From contig OZ296659.1 of assembly GCA_965655095.1 (NCBI GenBank), positions 70,866,001-70,930,000 of the forward strand: a stretch of DNA of 64,000 bases, in the 5' to 3' direction. Within the stretch, counting starts at the first letter, position 1. Each line of letters opens with the position of its first letter. Source of the stretch: Haplodiscus bocki. Lineage: Eukaryota. The position numbers and the translations under genes were made by a program. The notes beneath the pieces are model-generated. The model ran no database searches, was not told where the DNA came from, and saw only the letters and a program-made list of their open reading frames with translations. Positions 38,195 to 50,100 of the stretch are shown in pieces.

Positions 38195-41100
38195 ATTTCT
38201 AACTTTTACGACAACTTGGAAGAACTTGGACATAATGCGGATTCCCTCATCAAGAGAAGTTGTGTTTGTGGAACCTTCCTGAATTCTTTTAGAGCGAAGT
38301 CTACCCATTGCTGTGACAGTTTCAGACCAAGTACTGTCTTTGGATTTTGTGTTCCAGGTTTGTTCAGTTTTCCCTTGCGACAAATTTTCTCAACCGAGGT
38401 CAATTGAATATCCTCGTCATATCATTGCTATCGTTTATTTTGCTGAAAATGCTATAATCAAGGACAGAGGAGAGTTTACAGAATCGCGTCAGAAAATTTT
38501 GAATTTTTTAGTTTTTTCCTGTTTTAGACTGTGATTGGAATCATTACCTGTGTGAACCCAATGATCCATGCTGGAAACAGTCCGGTTAGTGGAAAAAACT
38601 TGTTTTAATCTTGCATTCATTAAAAATTGTTTCTATGGAAATTATAATTTCAAAAGCGAAGTTCGATTGATTGTGAATTAAAATTCAAGTCTAATGGAAA
38701 CACATTTTTTTTACTTGAAAAAACTCAGAACCATGAAAATTACCCGAAAAATGATTTTAACTCTGAACTATATGATCTTTCTTGCTAATGAGAGGCAGTA
38801 GTTTCATGTAGAAAAATACTTTTATGGAAAGTAAGTAGTAGTTGTAAAGGTGTATTTGCCCCCGGGGGGGGGGGGTGTTGAGCGAGTAACCACATATGGT
38901 CATTTACTCAACCCACACAAAGCCAAAAGTTATTACGTAATTGCAAGTGGAGATACTACAATGACGTAACCGATAGGTAAATCTGGCTATTTGTTATGTA
39001 GCACACGAGTCGTAGGCCAGTTCTGAGCAATTTTGAATGTCGAAATCGAGACGCGACAACGACGTCACAATTAGATGCGACAACGACGTCACAATTAGAT
39101 CTCAGTTACAGAATCCTTCCCGATTATGGAGCTATCGCACGGTAATCCCAGCCGATAGTGACAAGACTTAATGGAAAGAATCTAAATTGTGGCAAGTCAC
39201 TACCTAAGCAATGCTCTTGACATCATCGAAGCACGACAATGGCCGGCAAAATGTGAGACCTATTTAAAGTCAAAACGGAAATTTTGTCTTCATATTTCTT
39301 AAAAAACACCAAAAAATCATCCCATCTTTTCAATCGCATGTTTTATAAGATAACCCATGGACAGCTCCTTGTCATTTTTGTTGCTGCTATGACGGCTCTC
39401 CAATCATTTCCGGCGCTGTGAGACTTGAAAGGGAAAAATTGAAACCAGCACAGAAAAGCAAAAACCTATTACAATTCGAAAAATTGAACGTAACGATTTC
39501 CTTTTATGATGTCTAATACTGCAGGTAGTTTGAACTTCTAGTTTATATTCTGCTCTGAGGAACTGTGAAGTTGCCGACAATTTTGGCACCGCAAAACTCG
39601 ATTAATAAAAAGGAGGACCCCGCAAAGAATTCGAAGTTTCTTTTACAAATTTTGAGTGTAAAATCCGATATTTTACATTAGAGAGCTCAGTATTGCTGAA
39701 CATTGGATTCTGTATTTATCAATCTGAGAAGAAATATAGTGTCCGAGCTTTCCGGCACTGTGAGATTTGATCAAAAACTTGAAAACCAGTGAGGAAAGGA
39801 AAAGAAAACTTAATGCGATTTCAAGGTTCAAAGGTAGAAAAATAAATTGTTCAAAAGTGTGCAGTATCACTGACATTTAGAACTTCCATAAAACATTGAA
39901 AAAAGGTAGAAATACCGGCACTTTGGGCCTTGTGGGACTTGAAATGGAAAATTTTGAAAGAGTGAAAACTGAAATACCCTATACTGCAGTTTCAAAAACT
40001 CAAAAAACGGAATCCATTTTAGAGTATTTAGATTTTCCATTAATTTGAACTTTGTCGACTATGCTGAAAAACTGAAGTTTTTCGACAATTATGACACTGT
40101 GAAATTGGATTGAAACGTTTGGAAAGAGGCAAAAGAATGAAATTACCTATTAGAGTTTTGACAGATTGAACGTCCGGATCTTAATTCAGAGAGTTCAAAA
40201 TTGCTGAACAGTGGAACTTCTCTTCACAAGTAGGAGAAACTAGGACAATCCGGCTGAATTCAAAACTGCACGACTTGATCAAAGAAAAGAAAAGCAAGGA
40301 AATGAAAAAAAAACCTAATTACAATTTGAAAGTTTAAACGTAGAGAAGTTATATGATAAAATTTGATATTCTCAAAAGAAAGAACCTTTTAAAAACTTTC
40401 TAAGCAATTGTAACACGTCCGACCTTTTGGGCACTGTGAAATTTAAGAAAAAACTATAAACACAACAAATATGGGGAAGACCTATTAAATTTGAAACTTT
40501 TGTAGAACGTCTTCAAAAAGCCTTTTTGCGGTGATAATAAGATCGTTCACTGAAACATATGAGGAACTGCTAAGTTTCCAAAGATTCGGAACTTTGAAAA
40601 ACGATGATTACGGCAGATTTGACGAAAAAAATCTTGCTTCAAATTGAAAGTATATGGGCAAGGGACATGATTCATAATGCTGATGTTTGAGTAGAATCAA
40701 AACATTTCAGAGAACCTGAAAACTTCCGGCACTGTGAGACTCCATGGAGATGAATAAAGCCAGCCATAATTGGACAAAAACTTTGGAATTTCAAAATTTA
40801 AACGTACTGCAGTTTATACGGTGTTTGACATTGCTAAAATCTTGAACCTTTTTGGGAAAGTTTCCAGGAGGTGTAAAATTTCGAACACCTCCTTGACTGT
40901 GCGGCTCATTTAAAAAGTTTCGTTGAGGCAAAAATTGAAACCTGTCAGAAGTTGAAAAGTCAGACGTACAGTTCTCAATTCGTAGAGCCTGAAATTTTCG
41001 GTTCATGAGAAATTTGCGGAAAAAATCTGAATTTATGATATTTTTCAAACTTTCGGCAAGAGACCTAATGAGAAAATAGAAAGACAGAAAGAAAAGGGAA

Positions 41101-44100
41101 AATCAATTTCAATTTCGGAACTTCGTGTTAGGAAATTTTCTTATTGTGTATATAATTAATGAACAAAACATTGTTGTACTGTCAATTCAAAGAAATTGTG
41201 TTAGTTCCAACTTTCTCCACAGTTTGAGATTTGATGATGTTATACGAGGCTAGCGAGAAATTGAGAGAACCAATATCACTTTGAACACTTCGTAGGGAGG
41301 CCTCTTCTTAGCGTCTAAAGGTGCTTCACTCTGAAATCATTCACGGCTTTTCAGCGGAGCGACGACTTCGGCAGTGTATATCTGGCTTGGAAAAACTGAA
41401 AGCAGCAAAAAAAGGAAAAAACTGGTGAAATTTGAAAGTTTGATTGTAAGAAAGTAACTTAACCTAGAACCAATAATTTTGCTGAGCATTAGAAAGCCTG
41501 TGAACCAGCTTATGAAACTGTAACGTTTCTAGATCTTTCGGCACTACGTGACCTGATAGAGAAATATAAAAGCGGCAAATAGGCAAGAAAACCTGTCTCA
41601 AGGTGAAAACTTCAAATTTAGCAGTTTTTTTATCTTTCTAAAACTCTACTGGAAAAAATTTCTACAAAAATTTGTCAGAAACAGTAACCAGGTCAACATT
41701 TTCACCATTGTCAGTCTTGAGTGTACAATCTGCAAGACGGAAAAGGAACTGCATGTTCGTCGGTACAAAATTGTTCTTCTGCAACTGATAAGTATTGAGA
41801 CAAGTACTTTGTTTACAGAAACGATTTTATACACCAACAGAAAAGAAACATGGAGGCGCGAAAATTTTTTCTCGGGATATGTTCAGAAAATTCAAAAACA
41901 GAAACAAATTATTGTTCTTTCTGGAAATTTTACTTGCTTTGCGAAAAAATTAGTGTGGACTCGAATCATTCAAATGTTTTCGAAAATGGAATAATGTCTG
42001 CAATTTGAAAAGGTCAGGACTATGAGAGTTGCTGGGAAAAACCTTATCCAAGACTGAAAGTAATCTTCTTCTTGTATTGGAGTTCTTCTGCTCAAATAAG
42101 TAAAATTTGCATACAAAGGTCACGACGGAATTAAGCTCTGCATGTGGAGTTGCACATTTATAGCGTCTTTGTTCATCTCTCCTACTTGTTTTCTGCTCAA
42201 AAAATCCCAGTCTAACGTAAGTTTATAATCTTTTTGACAATTTTGTCTTTTTTCGTGGAAGCGATTTTTTTTACCAAGGTAATAAATGAAAAAAACATTC
42301 TTGCTGAAAATCAAAGACAGGTTCTGCAAAACTGTTGGCCATGTAAATCTACTTCCAATTTTCTCAACGTGTGAGTGGTAGAAAGTATGAATTTTGCCCT
42401 GATTGGCTTTAAGTAGAGAAGTTTGAGCTGATGTTGACGTGAGCTTTCAAAAAAGTAGTCAATACAACTCTTCAAGTCAATCATCTGCAAGAGTCTGATC
42501 TCCAAAAAAAAACAGAAAAGGTATGGCGCAGAGAAGTTGAGGGTATAATACAGCAATTGGTATCACCAAATCTTCATGTGCAACAACAAAGAATATAATT
42601 TTTTGTTGTCATTCAATCATCGCCGGATAACTCCGGGAAAAATGTTTATACCAAATAAAAGCTTCGAGAGAAAGTTTCGTAAAAACTGATGGAATTGGTA
42701 GTAGTGCGCTTTGCTGGATCTCAACGAAGTCTCTACGACACTTTGTTAACAAATGGTTGTGTTGAAACTTGCGATCCTTGGCCGAAAGAAGTCGTTATTA
42801 ATCATAGCGAGAGGTTTTGTATAACAGCCAAATGAAAATCACTTTCACGATCGTTAAAGATTGACCCAGTTAAAGAAGTGAAAGCAAAAAGATGAATTTC
42901 TCTGCTCCTATGAACCTACGGACAATAACTAGAGAACAATCGAATGCACACAAATCGTGGTTTACGGAAACACTTGGAACAGTTGCAATCAACGAGCTGG
43001 AGTTTCTGCAAAATTTTTCCGATGGTAGATGTTTAAAGATAACAAACAAAGTCATACTTCGAATTCAAATTTCAGATTTGCAAAAATGTGAGTTGCCTTT
43101 TTCTTACTATTCCAAAAAACTGAGAACCCAGTTCCCTATTTGTGGAACTTTCTGCCAACGGAGTAGTTTGCTTTCTCTCTAGTGGCTTTATATTTTTTCT
43201 AAAAGCAAATACAACGAACTGTAATCACGCGTTTGTTGCGAACTCTTTATGATCCATATGGGATTTTTGAATGTGTAAAAAAACGATAGCACATTTCCAA
43301 TCAAAAGCATTTACTTCAAAAAATGAATCAAAACAGAAAGTAGAACCAAATCAACAATTGTTCAAATAGACCAACGCGGAGTTGCTTTCGTTAACAAAAT
43401 CCCAAATGAAAGCCTTCTTCAAGTCAACCTGAAAATGCATGGGGCTCAAATCTTACTCACCGAGCATTCTGATGCGGAATGGTTAGATGTGACAATAGTT
43501 AAATGAACAAAAGAGTTTCGTAAAAAGACTGCACTTTTTTTTAATTTTATCGAAACTACAAGTGATCGCTCATCGCATTCGTTTGAATTTGTGAAAAATA
43601 TTTTTCCAATGGTCTGATATGAATATTTTCAGCTCTGAGAGTCATTGAATTTACGCCTATGAATACACTACCTGACAGTTGTAACACAGCCCCAAAAATT
43701 TTTGCTGCCAAACCATCACTACCGATTTGATTACAAAGCAAGGACCACAAAAGATTGGGTAGGAACAATTTGAAAAAAAACAGGCGTCCCTCGAAGTTGG
43801 TCTGAAAACTTCAAATCTTGTTCCAGCTGACCACAAAATTGAATTTACTTCGATCGCAAGCTCTCCAAATCCCAAGAGGTGGTGATGAAAACGCATCCTT
43901 ACATAATCAAATCAATTAACTGCAGGATAGGTATAAGAACATCGAATAAAAAATTTAAACAATGCGAGGTGAATTGGTTACTATTCAAGAAAAAACTTCC
44001 CAAATGCAAGACTGGAGGAAATTCAATTGGTGATCAAACGGTTCCCCTCGGCAGGTTTGAAAGAGTTCCAACACTTGTATTCCGTCCACAGGACTGTGGT

Positions 44101-47100
44101 GAGTTTAAAAGAAGACATCGACACCAACGCATCAGAACAACGAAGTCTGGATAAACCAGTATGTAACTTGGAAGAAAAATGTGCGAGGAATCATTTTTTG
44201 GAAAAGAACTCAGCCGAGCAAACTATTACAAAACAAACGAACGAAACAGCGATAGTGATTGAAAGGAATAAAGGTGGGAGAGACCTAACAAAAAAAGTAG
44301 ATTTTCATTGATCATACCGCGAGAGGCCAGCGGAAATCGCAATGAGTTGGAGTTGGCCGCAGAGCAAAACATTGACAGATCGGATAGATTTTCTTGAAAA
44401 AAAGCTGTCGAATTTCAAACGAATAGAGACAAAGCAAGTCTCTTCCAACTATTTTTGCAGCGTTCGCTCAAAGAAACAAAACTTTTGGATTATGGACGCA
44501 TCGGAAAAATTATCCGGAAAATTGATGGAGTGAGTACTTTCTCAAACAATGCCAGAGTTCTTAGTAGTCAAAAACACGCAAGCAAAGTTTTAGACGAAAT
44601 TCTTCTTCGCGGTGTTTGCAGTCCCTGTTTCATACAAATCCACATGGTAATTTAGATTGTCTCAGAACTTTTCCTTGTGGGTACGATGTTGGTGATTGAG
44701 AAATCATCGCTACTTAATTAGCTTTAAGTCCAAAAAACTTTAGTGCTACTCCACTTTGACCCTTTCAGTCCTATATTGAAAAAATTGTATCAATCAAGAC
44801 GAACCAGCCGACAAATGGACACAAAAATAATTTCCGAGCAAACAAAAAAACATTTGTCTTCAAAGACCGACTCCGCAAACCAGCAATGACAGTGTAGGTC
44901 TTGACCAGTTCAAGTCACACCGGTTCGTTCAATAAATAAACCCCGTTTTTGAATGGAGCTATTTTTTGCATCAAGCAGCAAAATAGAAAGGAACACTTTC
45001 TGAAAAAATTCTGCAAAAAAACTGATTTGCAAAGAGGTTTCACTTTTAGTGGTTTCGCTTTCAGCAAACTTTTTGGTGTTGGTGTGCAGTCAGCCAATGT
45101 CAAAATGGACAGGCTCCAAATTGGAATTTACATCAGAAGAAAGTGTTTATGATTTTGTCCCACCTGTTAGACACTATGCATTTTCTCTTGACACAATGTG
45201 CGAGAAACACCAGTGGATAGTTTCTGCAATGCAAAAATTCCAGCTTCACTTGAAAGCAGAAAATTGTGAGCCCGAAGCATCGTACATGAATTTTGTTTCT
45301 CGGTTGACAACGGTCAACTCGAAGGAAATGACTTCTTCCCATTGATACATGTTGGCGTTCGCTGATTAAAACGACTTAGTTGACAATTCTACTTTACTTA
45401 CCAATCATTTTTTGAATGAACAATGTGAAATAAAAATGGTTTTTTTGCAGTTGACAAGCCTTCCCAAACAAAGAAGACTCTTTTGAACAGAAAAATATGA
45501 ACATTCATGTTTTGTAACAGATCAGTACAGCCGCACTCATTTCAAGAGGAATTCAAGCATTTCAAAATCAAATAGAAATGTAAAATTATTACACAAGCCA
45601 GCCAATCTAACTACAATACTAGACCGACATTGCTTTTTTAGAAAAAAAACATGAACTCCAGTTTCGGAAATTAAATTGAATATCAACTGCTGATCTGCGA
45701 AAGCATCAATGACAACTTGAGCTGTAGTTGAGCAATGCCAACACTTGTCTGTATACTCTTGATTATTGTTTCTCAGAAGATATCCACACTTTCCTTGTGT
45801 GCCAACAATAATGCATTCAGTATTTGAACCAAACACGTCACCAATGGCATCCACCGATAAACCAACCACAGACATCAAAAAATTTCTCTTTGATCTTTTG
45901 CTTTTCCTATTTGAAACAAGAATCCATAACCCAACATGCAAAAGATGTGTTACATGAAAGTTGCGTTTTGCGTCGATAAACAAACGAAAAAAACAATTTT
46001 GACGGGATGAAGGGCGAAACCGAAAACGTGCGGAAGATAGAAGTAGGTGAAAATCCTTCAGCAAATTCTCTAAGCTAGTAACTGGCCAAATCTGAGGTGT
46101 AGAATGAAATAATTTTGGAGACACTGAGATGCTTTAAAAACCTTTTCATCTCGAAAACTGTTCACATGATTTTTTGCTTGTATCTTTTGGCTGGGTTCAA
46201 GTGAAAAAGAAGCACGACTTGCAAGGTTTTGCCTTAGGTTGAAATTTTCTTTGGTGATTATGTGCAATACAGTTTCCCGGAAGGAATGCAATCAAAACAG
46301 AAAACTCTGTGAACCAAAACTGTCCCAATAAAAGGTTTTCGATTAAAAGTTAACTTTTTGTGTTTTTAAAGGAAAATTAATTTCATTTAAAAGACTCAGT
46401 CGAGTTTTTGTACATTTCCACGATTGTAAAGGAAGTGGTCCAACACTGAAAAACCTTTCTAAGTTTCTTAAAATCATGATAATAGGGTATTTGTGTAGTA
46501 TTTGCGTTTTTGTTCTGAAAAGAAATAGAAATATATCCCAGGGATGCAAATCTTCAAATAACCCATTTAGGGAGTAGGACAGAGGGTTAACGAACAACAG
46601 AAAAAAGGTCTTGAGGGTCAATCTTTCTGTCACACAAAGTTTCCAACTAGTTCTTTAAATGATTCACAGGTCAGAAGTCTTGATCCAAGAGAATTCTTCT
46701 CCTGACACCCAAAAACTTGCTCTTCTCGAAACCATTTGCATTTTTTCGAATTTCTTGCAGCTTGAGATTTTCTTCAGTCATGAAGTTTGATGTAAACTTA
46801 CAAACGTCCAATCAGTCGAAAGAAAGCTTCTCCGAAAAATCCTATTTTTAACTATCTCCAGGTGAATTGTCCTTGTTTACGAAAAATTCTTACAAAACAT
46901 TAATAATTTCTTGAAGAAAAAGTTAAACTAACTACAAGAAAACTTTCGGAGTTGCCTTTGCTCCAATTAACTTTGCAATTTGAAAAAGTGTGTCACCGCG
47001 AGTGGAAACTATCACTTTTTTGCTTGCTTCTGCAGTTTTTAGATGATTACAGTCATCACAATTTTATGCTACATTACCATTTGTCTCAAACTTTGAACTG

Positions 47101-50100
47101 ATCGTCGCAGCACAGTGTTGACAAACCCACTTTTGCTGAATTTTCTAAAAGTTGAAAATTTATGTACTTCCTGGTTTTTCAATGGAACCATATCGTTGAT
47201 TGCAACTGTTCTAAGAGTTTCCATTAACAACGCTTTGTATGCATTCGATTGTTCTCTAGTTTTTGTCTGCAGGTTCTTAGGAGCAGAGAAATTCATCTTT
47301 TTGCTTTCACTTCTTCAAGTGGCTCAATATTTAACGATCGTAAAGGTAATTTTCATTTGGTTGATATACAGAAATTCTCGCCAAGAATTATAACGACTTC
47401 CTTCGGCCAAGGATCACAAGTTTCAACACAACCATTTTGTAACAAAGTGCAGTGGAATTTTTGTTGAGATCCAGCAAAGTGCACTACTACCAATTCCATC
47501 AGTTTTTACGAAACTTTCTCTCGAAGCTTTTATTTGGTATAAACATTTTTCCCGGAGTTATCCGGCGATGATTGAATGACAACAAAAAATTATATTCTTT
47601 GTTGTTGCACATGAAGATTTGGTGATACCAATTGCTGTATTATACCCTCAACTTCTCTGCGCCATACCTTTTCTGTTTTTTTTTTTGGAGATCAGACTCT
47701 TGCAGATGATTGACTTGAAGAATTGTATTGACTACTTTTTTGAAAGCTCACGTCAACATCAGCTCAAACTTCTCTACTTAAAGCCAATCAGGGCAAAATT
47801 CATACTTTCTACCACTCACACGTTGAGAAAATTGGAAGTAGATTTACATGGCCAACAGTTTTGCAGAACCTGTCTTTGATTTTCAGCAAGAATGTTTTTT
47901 TCATTTATTACCTTGGTAAAAAAAATAGCTTCCACGAAAAAAGACAAAATTGTCAAAAAGATTATAAACTTACGTTAGACTGGGATTTTTTGAGCAGAAA
48001 ACAAGTAGGTGAGATGAACAAAGACGCTATAAATGTGCAACTCCACATGCAGAGCTTAATTCCGTCGTGAATTTTGTATGCAAATTTTACTTATTTTTAG
48101 CAGAAGAACTTCAATCCAAGAAGAAGATTACTTTCAGTCTTGGATAAGGTTTTTCCCAGCAACTCTCATAGTCCTGACCTTTTCAAATTGCAGACATTAT
48201 TCCATTTTCGAAAACATTTGAATGATTCGAGTCCACACTAATTTTTTCGCAAAGCAAGTAAAATTTCCAGAAAGAACAATAATTTGTTTCTGTTTTTGAA
48301 TTTTCTGAACATGTCCCGAGAAAAAAGTTTCCCGCCTTGATGTTTCTTTTCTGTTGGTGTATAAAATCGTTTCCGTAAACAAAGTACTTGTCTCAATACT
48401 TATCATTTGCAGAAGAACAATTTTGTACCGACGAACATGCAGTTCCTTTTCCGTCTTGCAGATTGTATACTCAAGACTGACAATGGTGAAAATGTTGACC
48501 TGGTTACTGTTTCTGACAAATTTTTGTAGAAATTTTTTCCAGTAGAGTCTTAGAAAGATAAAAAAACTGCTAAATTTGAAGTTTTCACCTTGAGACACGT
48601 TTTCTCCCCTCTTTGCCGCTTTTATAATTCTCTATCAGGTCACGTAGTGCCGAAAAATCTAGCAACGTTACAGTTTCATATGGTTGTTGACAGAGTGTAT
48701 AATGCTCAACAATATTAATGTTTATTTGTTAGGTTACTTGCTGGCAATCAAACTTCCAATCTGTACCAGTTTTTTGTATCTTTTTGCTGCTTTCAGTTAT
48801 TCCCAGTCAATTATACACTGCTGGAGTAGTCGTAAAAATACAACGCCGCTGAAAGAAAAGTCATAATCAAATTCAGATTGCAGCAGGTTCAGACGCTATG
48901 AAGCCGCCTTCCAACGAAGTTTTCAAAGCGAAATTGGTTCTCTCAATTTCTCGCTGGCCTCGTAAAACACCATCAAATCTCAAATTGTGGAGAAACTTGG
49001 AACTAACACAATTTCTTCGAATTGACAGTACAACAATGTTTTGTTCATTAATTATATACAAAATAAGAAAATTTCCTAACACGAAGTTCCGAAAATGAAA
49101 TTGATTTTCCCTTTTCTTTCTGTCTTTCTATTTTCTCATTAGGTCTCTTGCCGAAAGTTTGAAAAATATCATAAATTCAGATTTTTTCCGCAAATTTCTC
49201 ATGAACCAACAATTTCAGGCTCTAGAAATCGAGAACTGTACGTCTGACTTTTCAACTTCTGACAGGTTTCAATTTTTGCCTCAACGAAACTTTTTAAATG
49301 AGCCGCACAGTCAAGGAGGTGTTCGAAATTTTACACCTCCTGGAAATTTCCCCATAAAGATTCAAGATATTAGCAATGTCAAACACCGTATGAACTGCAG
49401 TACGTTTAAGTTTTGAAGTTCCAAAAGTTGTTGTCCAATTATGGCTTGCTTTATTCATCTCCATCGACTTACAGTGCCGAAAATTTCCAGGTTCTCTGAA
49501 ATGTTTTGATTCTACTCAAACATAAACACTAAGAATCATGTTCCTTGCCCATATACTTTCAATTTGAAGCAAGATTTTTTTTCGTCAAATCTGTCCCAGT
49601 CAGCGTTTTTCAAAGTTCCGAATATTTTGAAACTTAGCAGTTCCTCATATATTTCAGTGAACGTTCTTAATTATCACCGCAAATAGGTTCTTTGAAAACG
49701 TTCTACAAAAGTTTCAAATTTAATAGGTCTTCCCCATATTTGTTGTGTTTATAGTTTTTCCTTAAATTTCACAGTGCTCAAAAGGTCGGACGTGTTACAA
49801 TTGCTTAGAAAGTTTTTAAAAGGTTCTTTCTTTTGAGAATATCAAATATTATCATATAACTTCTCTACGTTTAAACTTTCAAAGTGTAATTAGTTTTTTT
49901 TCATTTCCTTGCTTTTCTTTTCTTTGATCAAGTCGTGCAGTTTTGAATTCAGCCGGAATGTCCTATTTTCTCCTACTTGTGAAGAGAAGTTCCACTGTTC
50001 AGCAATTTTGAACTCTCTGAATTAAGGTCCGGACGTTCAATCTCTCAAAACTCTAATAGGTAGTTTCATTCTTTTGCCTCTTTCCAAACGTTTCAATCAA

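Noticed and set aside
39400-40750. CRISPR-like repeat-spacer array
   Set aside because: The context is eukaryotic, repeats are degenerate, the ~150-bp spacers are themselves related, and there are no cas genes.
45537-46124. 195-aa minus-strand ORF in the spacer
   Set aside because: No recognisable motif; composition is typical of a chance antisense frame in decayed element DNA.
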